The notes beneath the pieces were generated by a model. It made no database searches. It saw nothing but the letters and a program-made list of their open reading frames with translations, and was not told the origin of the DNA. Below are positions 19,515 through 29,139 of a DNA stretch of 43,549 nt, piece after piece. Every line of letters begins with the position of its first letter. Position 1 is the first letter of the stretch. The position numbers and the translations under genes were made by a program. The stretch is from a virus (taxonomy: Duplodnaviria > Caudoviricetes), in IMG/VR virus record IMGVR_UViG_3300037424_000909, positions 1 through 43,549 of that record. One strand, written 5' to 3'.

Positions 19515-20539
19515 ACGGCGATTACATTGATAGTCAGATTGCAGGGCTTGCAGGGCCTACGGGTCCCACGGGTCCCACGGGTCCGACCGGGGGCCAGGGT
19601 CCAACTGGTCCCACCGGCGCAACTGGTCCCACCGGCGCGACAGGCGCGACAGGTCCTACGCTCACTGTGATCACGCCGGGGGGAACTACCCTTTTTTCCG
19701 GCGTGAACGCAGTTGCAGTCCAGGGCCTAACGCCATCCCTTCTTGCGCCGGGTGCGGTGCTATTCACGGCGGGTGCGGCGGTCGTGCACATGCCGTGCAG
19801 TGCGGTGATTTTTAACAATCTCGCCGCAGTCTCCGGTGGGCTCGCGGCACCAAGCGAAGCGGAGCTAATCACGGATGGCGGGACCACACTTGGTTGGCGA
19901 TCGAACATCGACTCAACGTGGTCGAGTCCCGGCGCTGGGTTCCGTGCGCTCATTATTGGGCAGACATCCACTGCCGAGAATGGCGTGTATGTTTGGGATG
20001 GTGCGAAGTTCGTGCGGTCGAGTGAGGGTATAGAGAATGGGCACATCATTCCTATCGCCTCCGGGCGTGCGTGGGCGAATACCTTCTGGTATGCTGTGTC
20101 GACCACGGAATTCGTGGCGATGGGCGGTGCGCCCACGCACACCGTATGGTACAACGTCGCAAGGCAGAACGTCGCAACCGAGGCCGATCGGTGGGTGGAC
20201 CTCTGGTCTTACGAGGGTCCCGTCGGATCATACGCCGATAACCACGTGCTAGATATTACGGTCGAGGCCTCCGTTGGCTTGCAGGGCGCACAATCTGTGC
20301 GCATCATGCACGCACGGGCTCGGTATTTGTGCACGCCCGCGGACGGGCTATTCGCGGTGGGCGATGATCTCAACTCGCAGTTCGGCCTGCCATGGGAGGC
20401 CCCCGCGGACGTGCGGTTGCGCGCCACTGTTACGGACGCATTACTCGCCATACAGGGCCTTGCACAGTACGCAGGTACCACGACACCCGCGACGCGGTTT
20501 GCACTACGCATCAATGTGCAAGATAGGACCGTCCGATGA
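19511..20539 (+). CDS. Collagen-like tail fibre protein
   Basis: Gly-X-Y run and [17 protein letters not shown] fibre motif. Confidence 0.65.
   Translation: MNGDYIDSQIAGLAGPTGPTGPTGPTGGQGPTGPTGATGPTGATGATGPTLTVITPGGTTLFSGVNAVAVQGLTPSLLAPGAVLFTAGAAVVHMPCSAVIFNNLAAVSGGLAAPSEAELITDGGTTLGWRSNIDSTWSSPGAGFRALIIGQTSTAENGVYVWDGAKFVRSSEGIENGHIIPIASGRAWANTFWYAVSTTEFVAMGGAPTHTVWYNVARQNVATEADRWVDLWSYEGPVGSYADNHVLDITVEASVGLQGAQSVRIMHARARYLCTPADGLFAVGDDLNSQFGLPWEAPADVRLRATVTDALLAIQGLAQYAGTTTPATRFALRINVQDRTVR
19544..19660 (+). repeat. Collagen-like repeat, 13 Gly-X-Y triplets (GPT/GAT)
   Basis: [39 protein letters not shown], with 9-nt periodicity in the DNA. Confidence 0.9.
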
Positions 20540-20937
20540 TTGGTGTACTCGACTCCTCGAAGTTGGACCGCACGCCCCGCGCCGACGGCAAAGTCGGCGG
20601 TGTGCCCTGGACCACAATCACCGCGACCGATCCCGAAACGTGGAGCAACGTGGGGGACTTCGTGGGTACACCCGCCACGGACATGCTGGTGCGCATCTCG
20701 TGGGATGTTCGAGGGACGTACGCTGGACAGGCGCCCATAATTTCGGTGGGCCAGGCATGGGTAAAGAACGTGGATGGTGACTCCTTTATCGTCGAAGCGG
20801 TCGAGACCTTCACGCACGCGCGTGTACGGTTCGCAGTCGATGGATCATCGACCGTGGTGCAGATTCAATCGCACGCCACGCAGTCCTGGCTTTTCCAAGT
20901 GCGCCTTGCATACGACTACGAACCGGTGGGGTCATGA
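20536..20937 (+). CDS. Hypothetical beta-rich tail-associated protein
   Basis: ATGA-coupled ORF in the fibre cluster. Confidence 0.5.
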   Translation: MIGVLDSSKLDRTPRADGKVGGVPWTTITATDPETWSNVGDFVGTPATDMLVRISWDVRGTYAGQAPIISVGQAWVKNVDGDSFIVEAVETFTHARVRFAVDGSSTVVQIQSHATQSWLFQVRLAYDYEPVGS

Positions 20938-21509
20938 CGCCCGTCGTCAAAGCCACGGGTGACGTCATCCGGCTGGCGCGTAATTGGTACCATGACGTTG
21001 TGCGCGAGGGCGCCGCGAATGTCGTGGGGTACGCCTGGGCACACGTGTCTGGTGACGCGGCACTTGACTCACAAACCTCCGATGGCACGGGCGTCGTCTC
21101 GGGCGGCACGGCGGGCACCGTGAGCGTGTTCACGTGCACCGCGTTGCTCAACAATGGCGCACGTGCGGTGCATACTTGGCAGGTCCTCGCGACGGCGGGT
21201 GCGGCCACGACCGTGGTGTCGCCAGTCGTATTCTACGGCGTTGGTGCGGCGGGTCGCACGGACCTCGAAGGCCTCACGCAAGACTCGGATCTCGCGCTGC
21301 CGTACACGTTCGTAGTCTCGCCGGTGGCGCAGAAAGTGTATGCAGCCGTGCCCGTGGCACTCGGAACGCCGGCCCTCACGATGTCTGGGTTCCCTGTCAC
21401 GTGCACATCATCGAGTGTGGTTCGCAATGGCATCACGCACACCCTTCTGGAGACGGTGGACCTCATGACTTGGACGGGTCTTGAAATGACGATCGTGGGG
21501 GCAACGTGA
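20934..21509 (+). CDS. Hypothetical tail-associated protein
   Basis: ATGA-coupled, Thr/Val-rich. Confidence 0.5.
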   Translation: MTPVVKATGDVIRLARNWYHDVVREGAANVVGYAWAHVSGDAALDSQTSDGTGVVSGGTAGTVSVFTCTALLNNGARAVHTWQVLATAGAATTVVSPVVFYGVGAAGRTDLEGLTQDSDLALPYTFVVSPVAQKVYAAVPVALGTPALTMSGFPVTCTSSSVVRNGITHTLLETVDLMTWTGLEMTIVGAT

Positions 21510-22171
21510 GCCGCGGGATCGGTGTCGGCGTGGGTGTTGGTCTTGGTGGCGTGGGTTTGAGCCCTGCGTGGCTAAGCGCGCAGGCGCAGGCCATCTTCAC
21601 CGGTGTTGTTGCCGGGGACTACGCACCCGAAGACATGGTGATGTCCGGGGCCGATGTGTCATCGCGGCCCGGGCGTGTTGGCGGTACATTGACGAACGCC
21701 GTCGCAGGTCGATTTGCTGCAAGCACATTGAATGGGCGCGCCGCACTACTCGGCGTGCAAGGGGTCGTCGCGAGGTTGTCTGGTACGGTCTCGTTAGGTT
21801 CCGTCAAGACCGTACTGGCTGTGCTCAAAATGCCTGTCTATGCGCCTGCCAGATATATCATAGCCGCGGACGTGCCTGCAGATGCGGGCACGATCCAGAA
21901 CTATACGGGCTCGACCACACTCTACACCGCAGGGGGCTGGACTCACGGCGTCAACGGTGTGGCCTCTGAAACATTGCCGGCAGAAGGGACCGTCGCGCTG
22001 ATCCGGGCCACTAACGCGTCGGGAGCAAGCATGGCAATCAATATTGCATCCACGGCCGTGGCTTCTTGTTGGGATGCTCCGGCGGGGCGCTATCTGTTCC
22101 TGACGTCGACGATCACGGAAGCTCAAGAACTCGCGTGGCTCGCTGCCGTGCGGCGATATTACAGGTTCTAA
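21506..22171 (+). CDS. Putative lectin/ConA-like fibre accessory protein
   Basis: N-terminal GIGVGVGVGLG repeat and LNGRAAL segment. The fold call is tentative. Confidence 0.45.
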   Translation: MSRGIGVGVGVGLGGVGLSPAWLSAQAQAIFTGVVAGDYAPEDMVMSGADVSSRPGRVGGTLTNAVAGRFAASTLNGRAALLGVQGVVARLSGTVSLGSVKTVLAVLKMPVYAPARYIIAADVPADAGTIQNYTGSTTLYTAGGWTHGVNGVASETLPAEGTVALIRATNASGASMAINIASTAVASCWDAPAGRYLFLTSTITEAQELAWLAAVRRYYRF

Positions 22172-22500
22172 TGACCGATATCCCAACCCCGGGCAGATTC
22201 AAACCCGCCAACGTAGGTGGAAAGGTCGCGGACCTAAGTGACGTGACCGACGGTGGCCAAGTCGACCAAGTAGGGCAGGATGGTTCACTATCCCGCTCTA
22301 CGGTGCTTCGCAATCGAACGTTGACCGTCGACTCGATTGCAGACCTTCGCGGGGCGTTGGCCGCGGGGGTGTCAGCGGACGTTTACGTCGTGCGTTGGCA
22401 CACGAACCGGGCGAACCGGGGCGGGGGAAAATTCTACCTATCCGGCGAACAGCTCTGGGCTTGCGTCGCGACCAACACTTGGCAGCAGATTTCAACATAA
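22171..22500 (+). CDS. Short tailspike-like fragment protein
   Basis: VDSIADLR...GGGKFY followed directly by LWACVATNTW. Confidence 0.45.
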   Translation: MTDIPTPGRFKPANVGGKVADLSDVTDGGQVDQVGQDGSLSRSTVLRNRTLTVDSIADLRGALAAGVSADVYVVRWHTNRANRGGGKFYLSGEQLWACVATNTWQQIST

Positions 22501-22552
22501 GGCCCAATCCATCCAACGCACGTTCGTCGACCATATGTTTTGAAGGACAGAT

Positions 22553-22867
22553 ATGACAACATACACTGGACAGATCAACAACGACCCTGGCCCCGTCTCG
22601 TACTGGACTCCCGGTGGCGCATGGCCATCAAGCGTTGGCGCAAGCGCCGCAACATTACGCCATGGCAAGTGCGCCCGGCGTATCGTCGTCGGCGTGAGTG
22701 GCATTCTAAGTCTCGCGCAATGCGACGGCACCGTCGTCACGTTCACCGCGGCACAGGTGAACAATCTCAGCGGTGTCATCGACGGCAACTTTGCCGCGGT
22801 ACTCGCCGCGTCCGCGCCCTCCGGTGGTACCGCGAGCACGGCCTATGGGTTGCAGATCGGCTTCTAG
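22553..22867 (+). CDS. Hypothetical protein
   Basis: GAAGGA SD, 104 aa. Confidence 0.55.
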   Translation: MTTYTGQINNDPGPVSYWTPGGAWPSSVGASAATLRHGKCARRIVVGVSGILSLAQCDGTVVTFTAAQVNNLSGVIDGNFAAVLAASAPSGGTASTAYGLQIGF

Positions 22868-22878
22868 GGACCCATAAC

Positions 22879-23157
22879 ATGCGCATGCGATCCCTCAAAA
22901 ATCTCGTGCGCCGCTTCGCCTTATGGATCAATCTAGCCCCCTTCGTGATTGCATGCGCGCCCGCACCTACGGTACAGCGCATTCGTGAGGACCTGGGCCT
23001 CGGATGCGACGTCGTGATTGCCTCCGACCCCGTAGTGCTCGCCCGCGTGTCCGGTCTCCCCGCGGCGCGCATTGCGCAACTGCGTGACGTGTGCCTCGAG
23101 GCTGCCATTGTCGACGCCGCGCTTCGCGCGGGTGCCGGCGCCGCGGGTGCGCCATGA
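22879..23157 (+). CDS. Putative lipoprotein (spanin candidate)
   Basis: Basic N-terminus, hydrophobic stretch and VIAC lipobox. Overlaps the lysin start. Confidence 0.5.
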   Translation: MRMRSLKNLVRRFALWINLAPFVIACAPAPTVQRIREDLGLGCDVVIASDPVVLARVSGLPAARIAQLRDVCLEAAIVDAALRAGAGAAGAP

Positions 23158-23765
23158 CTGGGGAGCTCACACCGCGGCGCACGCCCCTCGAGTACCCGGC
23201 GCTTTGCAACGCCGCAATGCTCGCGCTGGACTGCCTCAAGGTGCGCGTGACGCGTGCCGCTGTGCGCCTCGTCGTGGCGCAGTTCGCCGTCGAATCAGGC
23301 ATGCGATCGTGCTTCAACTACAATGTGTCGGGGATCAAGACAAGGCCGTACTCAACCAAGTATGACTGGCAATTCTTCACGACGACTGAGCGTTTCGACG
23401 ACGCACGCCTGAAGGAAGCCCAACGTTTGGGGCCACTGCTCGTACACTTCGTCGCCCGCGATGAGAAAATGACTACCGTACGCCTCCTGCCAAAACACCC
23501 GTGGTGCTGCTTCCGTGCGTTCCAATCGCTTCAAGCCGCGGTGGACGATCATTGTGTCACTATCCGCGAAACCTTCGGCAAGCGCGAACCGAAGTCCTTG
23601 GACGCCCTGCTCACTGGGGACCCGCTCGCCTACGCGCATGCGCTACGGGTGAATGGTTACTACACGGCAAAGGAAGACAAGTACGTAGCGGCACTGCAGA
23701 CGCGCCTCGCCGAATGCGCCAAGGCCGTCCCCGAGGACCATCTCGTCTGGGGTGACGTGCCGTGA
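23154..23765 (+). CDS. Endolysin, glucosaminidase/FlgJ (GH73-like)
   Basis: AQFAVESG, NYNVSGIK, TTE, FRAFQSL and GYYTA...Y motifs. Confidence 0.8.
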   Translation: MTGELTPRRTPLEYPALCNAAMLALDCLKVRVTRAAVRLVVAQFAVESGMRSCFNYNVSGIKTRPYSTKYDWQFFTTTERFDDARLKEAQRLGPLLVHFVARDEKMTTVRLLPKHPWCCFRAFQSLQAAVDDHCVTIRETFGKREPKSLDALLTGDPLAYAHALRVNGYYTAKEDKYVAALQTRLAECAKAVPEDHLVWGDVP

Positions 23766-23932
23766 CCGCGCCCTTGCATGAGGTCGTTGCGATCAAAACC
23801 GCGGCGAACACGCGGGACATCGAGGCCCACGAGGATCGCTTCGCTAGTCTCAAGGCGAAGGTTGACACGCTGATTGAACTCGTGGGCACTGTGGCCGCGG
23901 GCGTCGAGGCCCTCCTGCGGCGGTCGCCGTGA
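23762..23932 (+). CDS. 56-aa coiled-coil protein (not in the ORF track)
   Basis: GTG overlaps the lysin stop and its TGA overlaps the next GTG. Sequence VTAPLHEVVAIK...LLRRSP. Confidence 0.6.
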   Translation: MTAPLHEVVAIKTAANTRDIEAHEDRFASLKAKVDTLIELVGTVAAGVEALLRRSP

Positions 23933-24372
23933 ACCCTGGGGGCCTGCCTGTGGACCTCATGATGCGCGCCCGTGAACGTATCCCCCGGACGCTCGCAGAC
24001 GTGGAGCACGAGAGGCAGGTTCGGGAGCGTGGGGAGATCCTAGCAGCGATATCGCAGGTCGATACGAAACTTGAGGACCACGTGCGCAGTCACTCCCGCG
24101 CCTCGTGGCTCCAGAGTGCCGTAGTCGTGGCGGCGCTTGGAGCGCTAGGCACACTTGGCGCGAAATGGATCGAAGCCTCCGCCGTCACCCGCGCCTCGGG
24201 TGTCGCGTCCCTCGCGGCGCAAGACGCTACGTACAGGCAGCTGTCGGAGGACGTGCGGCACGTGGAGTCACGGCTGAGCGCACGTCTGGTGGAGACGGAC
24301 GCACTCGCGCGCGCCGTTGCGGATGAGGTTGAGCGTCGCGAGAGGCAGCGACCGATCATGGGGCGTCGTTAG
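23929..24372 (+). CDS. Single-TM coiled-coil protein (holin or spanin candidate)
   Basis: WLQSAVVVAALGALGTLGAKW hydrophobic segment flanked by heptads, last gene of the lysis region. Confidence 0.45.
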   Translation: MNPGGLPVDLMMRARERIPRTLADVEHERQVRERGEILAAISQVDTKLEDHVRSHSRASWLQSAVVVAALGALGTLGAKWIEASAVTRASGVASLAAQDATYRQLSEDVRHVESRLSARLVETDALARAVADEVERRERQRPIMGRR

Positions 24373-25105
24373 TCCACACCACACCCACGTCTGGTCTCGA
24401 TTTGCCACGCGCGCCCGCCGTGCCCGCCTTCAAGTTTCGGAACGGGCGGAACGGTAGCCAGTCCGCACCCTCTTGCTCGCAGACGATCACTTGCCCCCGG
24501 CGTGATTGAGCCCACGTAGCGAGGTGCTCGTAGTTGATCGTGTTGCAATCGATGTCGCGACGGTACGCCGGTGGCACGTACTGATACGGTGGATCAAGGA
24601 ACCACGTCGCCTCGGTGCTGGGCAACTGCCAGTACTCCGCGCACACGACCTGCCAGTGCCGAATGCGTAGTACATTTTCCGCGACGGCGGCGCGCGTGTC
24701 CGGGCCCCACATACCCTGGTTGGCATTGTTCCATTTGCTTATGGTCCAGCAAGTGCTTCGCCCAACACGTTGCCAGTTGCGTATGAGCAATTGCCCCCCG
24801 CGGGAGACACCACGCAACGCGCGAATGTCCTCGCCCGGAGTGAGGTCCACAGGTAGTGCGAGCACCTCTTGCGGCGAAACGCCCACGAGGTAGTCCAAAA
24901 GGTCTGTAACGTCGGGGTCCTTATCCGCGAGAAGCACGCACCTGTCGGCGTAATGTGCGGCGTAACACGCGGAGCCCGCGAAGGGCTCCACGATGATTTC
25001 GTGGCGCGGCGCGGGATAGTGCTTCGATGCGTGCCACTTACTCCCGAAGTACTTGCATAGTGGCCGTGTGAGCGCGCCGGGGTGGGCTCGTGTCCATTTG
25101 CTCAC
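24356..25105 (-). CDS. DNA adenine methyltransferase (D12/Dam-like)
   Basis: KYFGSKW, EPFAGSA and FLDPPY motifs. GTG 25105 overlaps the upstream stop. Confidence 0.88.
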   Translation of the reverse strand: MSKWTRAHPGALTRPLCKYFGSKWHASKHYPAPRHEIIVEPFAGSACYAAHYADRCVLLADKDPDVTDLLDYLVGVSPQEVLALPVDLTPGEDIRALRGVSRGGQLLIRNWQRVGRSTCWTISKWNNANQGMWGPDTRAAVAENVLRIRHWQVVCAEYWQLPSTEATWFLDPPYQYVPPAYRRDIDCNTINYEHLATWAQSRRGQVIVCEQEGADWLPFRPFRNLKAGTAGARGKSRPDVGVVWTNDAP

Positions 25106-25257
25106 GAGTACCTTCGCCCGTGGCGCGCCGACTGCCACTCGAACCACGAATCAGGGGACCAGCGCGTAGGTTGTGCGGTATCTGTATTCTTGTCCACAGG
25201 TGCATCGGCATCACGCGACGCGTAGTCGGGTTCCTGATGTTCTTGTGAGTATTTCAT
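25102..25257 (-). CDS. Small hypothetical protein
   Basis: Fills the gap with 4-nt overlaps on both sides. Confidence 0.45.
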   Translation of the reverse strand: MKYSQEHQEPDYASRDADAPVDKNTDTAQPTRWSPDSWFEWQSARHGRRYS

Positions 25258-25799
25258 GGGATCATTCTCTTCAGATACGTGCATCCCAACGCAACCGCGT
25301 CCAACAGGTTGTGCGTGACGAATGTCGACGGATAGTAGTTCACCCCGGGTTTCCAGCGCGCAAGCGCGCCCTTGCGGCATGCGGCCTCGATGATGGCCCA
25401 CGTGGATGCACCACCGAGCACGGCCCTCTCCGAGGGGGTGAGGATGCGCCACAGGGCCTTGTGATGCGGGGGCTTGTGGCGACTGCGCTTCCACTCATGT
25501 GGCTTCATCGCGACGATGGGGCACCGTCCTGCGGCGTACATGCCTGCGAGACTCGCCCCTACCGCGGTCAGTTCGAGCAGCACACCTACGGGCAGGTGCG
25601 AGTATTGCTCGTCGCGCACGCGGTGCACGGGGCGCTCCCATAACACGGTGTCGATGACACCCAAAGGTATGTCATCCGCGCACAACTCCTCAGGTCGCAC
25701 GAACCACGCATGAATCAGTTCATTGTGGAAAAATCGTGCGCACGCACACCCGCCGGACTCCACGGCGTAGCCCGGGTCAATTGCGATGATGTTGGTCAT
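25254..25799 (-). CDS. RuvC-like Holliday junction resolvase
   Basis: IIAIDPG, WERP, PHEWK and NLLDAVALG motifs. Confidence 0.8.
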   Translation of the reverse strand: MTNIIAIDPGYAVESGGCACARFFHNELIHAWFVRPEELCADDIPLGVIDTVLWERPVHRVRDEQYSHLPVGVLLELTAVGASLAGMYAAGRCPIVAMKPHEWKRSRHKPPHHKALWRILTPSERAVLGGASTWAIIEAACRKGALARWKPGVNYYPSTFVTHNLLDAVALGCTYLKRMIP

Positions 25800-26053
25800 G
25801 AGTACCCCGCCAAAAGAATGGGATAGAGGGTGGGTGAGGCGCCAATGATACCGTCGGGCCACACCAGGGCGTGCACGACCCTCCCCATATGCTCATATGG
25901 CAGGGGCCCGAAGAGCATTACCCGCGGGAACGCTGGGCCCTCGCGTTCGAGGACCCCGCAATTCGTGAATGAGGGCGCGGGCCACGACGAGAGCAGATCT
26001 ATGCACTCCTCCGCGGTCAGTTCGAGAAATGGTGGGTTGCTTTCGAGGTTCAC
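25796..26053 (-). CDS. Hypothetical protein
   Basis: 4-nt overlaps on both sides. Confidence 0.5.
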   Translation of the reverse strand: MNLESNPPFLELTAEECIDLLSSWPAPSFTNCGVLEREGPAFPRVMLFGPLPYEHMGRVVHALVWPDGIIGASPTLYPILLAGYS

Positions 26054-26649
26054 GGTATGAGCCCCCCGACTCGGAGCCAATCGCGGTAGTAATTGATCGA
26101 GGCCCGCACATCATCCGGCGCGCGGTGTCGGTCGGGGTTTTCTTGCTTTGGGCCGCCATCTGGGAAGTGTACGAACGCGACCTTGCGCAACGTCGACACA
26201 TTGAACACACGGTGCGAGAGGCACGAGGCGAAGCGCGGGAGGTGCACCTTGCACCATGCCAGATCGAAATGCGCTGAGAAACCAGCTAGCTCCAAACCCC
26301 TGGGTTCGGCCTTGCCTGTGAGCTCTTGGCAGATCGCGAAGAGGAACGCATCACTATCCGCGAGCGTCGTGGTGCTCGCCTCGACGTCCACGAGCAAACC
26401 ATTTTTAGTGTGCATTTTGCGAACGTAGTCATCAAGGCATGAGGCAAGCGCCGCGGGCTCGTGGTGCACTACGGCCGTGTACTCCTGCACGATCGTGCAA
26501 TCTCCCCCCGCGTCATCCTCCGCGAGGGCCAGGGCCCATTCGAGTAGCAGGCCGCCACCATAAAGGTCGCCCGGCTTAGGCCCCCCAGGCCCATCGCCGA
26601 TTAGCCCCGTCGTTTCGACGTCGAACCAGAGTGCTTGGTGCCTAGGCAT
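26050..26649 (-). CDS. orn: Oligoribonuclease (Orn-like DEDDh exonuclease)
   Basis: WFDVETTGL, MHTKNGLL, LAGFSAHFD, SHRVFNVSTL and HRAPDDVRASI..YR match Orn motifs in order. Confidence 0.82.
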   Translation of the reverse strand: MPRHQALWFDVETTGLIGDGPGGPKPGDLYGGGLLLEWALALAEDDAGGDCTIVQEYTAVVHHEPAALASCLDDYVRKMHTKNGLLVDVEASTTTLADSDAFLFAICQELTGKAEPRGLELAGFSAHFDLAWCKVHLPRFASCLSHRVFNVSTLRKVAFVHFPDGGPKQENPDRHRAPDDVRASINYYRDWLRVGGLIP

Positions 26650-26860
26650 GATACCCCCCGCGCTTGCGCGCAGTACGTGGTGGGTGCCGGCGCGATGCGC
26701 GTCCAGGCGCGGGGTGGTACTCGAGCCATGTGGGTGTACCCGCGTCGTGCCACACGCTGAGCGCGCGCCGCGCATCTAAATTACCGACCAAGGCAGTTGC
26801 ACTCAGGACTTCGATTTCGTAAGGCGTCTTGCACGCCGCGATTTGCGCTGGTGTGATCAT
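26642..26860 (-). CDS. Hypothetical protein
   Basis: Coupled small ORF. Confidence 0.45.
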   Translation of the reverse strand: MITPAQIAACKTPYEIEVLSATALVGNLDARRALSVWHDAGTPTWLEYHPAPGRASRRHPPRTARKRGGYHA

Positions 26861-27114
26861 TATGCCGCACCTACGATTTCCCAGCCCCGTGCTTTGCCAT
26901 GGCGACGCTTGACGATTGCCCGATCGGAGAATAGACTTTGCCCCTTACTCATGGGGCGTGAGGAGATCGCGCACTTGCGCAACGTGCGCGCGGCATCACT
27001 GCGGTGCGGGCTCCGGGCGCGTTTCACTTGCGGTCCGTGACCATAGGGTGTGCGCTTGGGCAAATCGAAATATCCTCGTGCGTGTTCGACTATTTTTTGC
27101 GTGATCGATTTCAT
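26860..27114 (-). CDS. Small basic hypothetical protein
   Basis: GGAGGT SD. The ATG overlaps the polymerase stop. Confidence 0.5.
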   Translation of the reverse strand: MKSITQKIVEHARGYFDLPKRTPYGHGPQVKRARSPHRSDAARTLRKCAISSRPMSKGQSLFSDRAIVKRRHGKARGWEIVGAA

Positions 27115-29084
27115 TTCCGGTACCTCCGTCCGTAAAAACCCGCCGCGCCCGTGGGGAATCCCGCGTAGCACTCCGGCAGGTGCGTCATGATGTGGTGTAG
27201 CTCCTCATATGCATCGCGTCCAGCACTTTCCGGCACCTCGCACGCGATTTCATCGTGGGCCGTTAGGACGGGACATAACCCGGCCCGCTCCGCGCGGACG
27301 AGGCAATCGGCCATCATGCAACGGCAAGCACCTTGGATAACGTTCTCCGCGAGTTTCCCGCCATACGTGTATTCGGGCCCGTGCGTGCCCAGGAACGCGA
27401 GGGATGGCCGTCCGTCACGGTCGTGCACCGTGGCGTCGTTGTAGACGATGGGCCGTCCTGAGGGCATGACGATGGCTATATCACGGCCGTCGTCGGAGGG
27501 CAGGACGGTGAACGGTCCGACGCGTGTAATATGCCCGTCGAGCGCCTCGACGAAGGCGTTCTCGAGCGCGGGCCAAAATCCGTAGGCGATCGGTGCGTGC
27601 GCCTTGCGCCAGGCCTTGACGACCTCGCTCGGATCCACACCGAGTGCATCGAGGTCCGCCCCCGCGGCGAGCGCGGTGTCGCCATACTTGCTGCCGCCCA
27701 TACCATAGCCGAGGGCGAGCACGGCAATCTTGCCGATCTGACGTTGCGCCTTCGTTACCGCGTCGTACGCCACGCCGAATATGTTGGACGCCTCGACCTT
27801 GTAGACGTCGCGGCCCGAAAGGAATGTCTCTACATACTTGCGATCCCTCGCGGCCCACGCGAGCGCACGGGCCTCGACGCCAGAGAAATCGCACACGGCG
27901 AGCACGTGCCCCGGCTTCGCGCATATGGTGGCACGCAGAAGGAGTTCAATCTCATCCTGTTTGGCCGTGCCGGCGTGCGCGGCGAGGGCCTCGATCCACG
28001 CATCGATCGCGACGCAATCCTTGTCTATACCGAGGTCTTCCCAAAGCTTTTCGAAGCGCTTGTCGGGCCTTGGCATGTTCTGCAGTTGCATGCCGCGGCC
28101 GCTCCAGCGCCCCGTATGCGCGCCGTAGTAAAGGAACGAGTCCCGTAGGCGCGAGTCTGGTGACACGCGAGCCAAGCCGGCCTCAAGCTTGCCGCGGGCG
28201 ATTGATGCGAGGGCGCGGCGCGCCTGGGCGAGGGCTATGACGTGCGGCCGGAAGCGACCGTGTGCCGCGTTCGCAAGCACGTCGTCAATCGTCGCGGCCG
28301 TCGCATCAAGAAGCCCCGTATACTCGGTGAACTGTTTGGGGGAGTTCGCGACCGTGCGCACTTGCGCGGCGGACCACCCCAAGGTGTCCGCGATTTGTTC
28401 AAGGGCCTCACTCGTGTTGCGTTCATCCGCGGCGAGCAATGCGCGCGCCAAATCTTGGTCGAAGTACACCCCGCGCTCATTGACGATGCGGTCCGCCGCA
28501 AGGACGTCCTCATCGACGCCGCGCCAGGACTCGAGGCGCGGCCATGCGCGGGCCAGGATGTCCACGTCGTCAAGACAGTAGGGTACGACGCGCGCCATGG
28601 CGGCCGCGTCCACCGCGGGAAGCGCGCCACGCTCGCGCTTCGCATCGTCATCGAGACCGCGCCAAGTCGTGGCATCGATGTCCTTCGGGCGGCGCACGGA
28701 CGAAAGGGACTTAGTAAATCGTGAGGCCTCTTTATCCTTCGGCTTGCCGCACCAACGCGTGCCCAGCTCATCGAGGGCCCCCGGCAACCCCGCGCGTCGC
28801 GCCAGTACCGAGGTGTCGATCCAGTGCTCCCCTAGGTCAGCCGGGGCAAGCATGCCGTAACGCACGCACGCATGGCGGTCGAATCCCGCCATGTTATGTG
28901 CGGCAAGCTCCCGCCCGGCGTGGGGCCATACCTCGCCGGGGAACCACACGCCCGCGCCTTCCGTGTGCACGTCGTACCACGCGACGCATAGGGCGCGCGA
29001 TGACGGGTGTGCCCAATAATTGCGACCGCCCACGCGCTTGAGGTCGGCGCGGCTCTGAGATTCGAAGTCGAGGAGGATGGTCAT
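27111..29084 (-). CDS. polA: Family A DNA polymerase with 3'-5' exonuclease domain
   Basis: LDFE (ExoI), AHN..FD (ExoII), YCLDD (ExoIII), TGRWS, QLQNMPR, DFSGVEAR (motif A), RQIGKIAVLALGYG (motif B) and HDEI (motif C). Confidence 0.95.
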   Translation of the reverse strand: MTILLDFESQSRADLKRVGGRNYWAHPSSRALCVAWYDVHTEGAGVWFPGEVWPHAGRELAAHNMAGFDRHACVRYGMLAPADLGEHWIDTSVLARRAGLPGALDELGTRWCGKPKDKEASRFTKSLSSVRRPKDIDATTWRGLDDDAKRERGALPAVDAAAMARVVPYCLDDVDILARAWPRLESWRGVDEDVLAADRIVNERGVYFDQDLARALLAADERNTSEALEQIADTLGWSAAQVRTVANSPKQFTEYTGLLDATAATIDDVLANAAHGRFRPHVIALAQARRALASIARGKLEAGLARVSPDSRLRDSFLYYGAHTGRWSGRGMQLQNMPRPDKRFEKLWEDLGIDKDCVAIDAWIEALAAHAGTAKQDEIELLLRATICAKPGHVLAVCDFSGVEARALAWAARDRKYVETFLSGRDVYKVEASNIFGVAYDAVTKAQRQIGKIAVLALGYGMGGSKYGDTALAAGADLDALGVDPSEVVKAWRKAHAPIAYGFWPALENAFVEALDGHITRVGPFTVLPSDDGRDIAIVMPSGRPIVYNDATVHDRDGRPSLAFLGTHGPEYTYGGKLAENVIQGACRCMMADCLVRAERAGLCPVLTAHDEIACEVPESAGRDAYEELHHIMTHLPECYAGFPTGAAGFYGRRYRK

Positions 29085-29096
29085 ATTGTGGCCCGT

Positions 29097-29125
29097 GCCC
29101 CACCCGCGACGTGTGCGGGTGGGGC
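29097..29125 (-). terminator. Perfect 11-bp stem-loop between the SSB-like gene and polA, without a U-tract
   Basis: GCCCCACCCGC-N7-GCGGGTGGGGC. Confidence 0.5.
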
Positions 29126-29139
29126 TCTCATCGCGTTAC

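Noticed and set aside
3669-21370. Other TGGCAC-N-GC matches with sigma54 spacing (near 3669, 6606, 13463, 15593, 21355)
   Set aside because: They lie inside coding regions, lack the TGCA -12 element, and are expected by chance in GC-rich DNA.
18687-22867. Diversity-generating retroelement or invertible fibre cassette
   Set aside because: I saw no reverse transcriptase, invertase, template/variable repeat pair or flanking inverted repeats.
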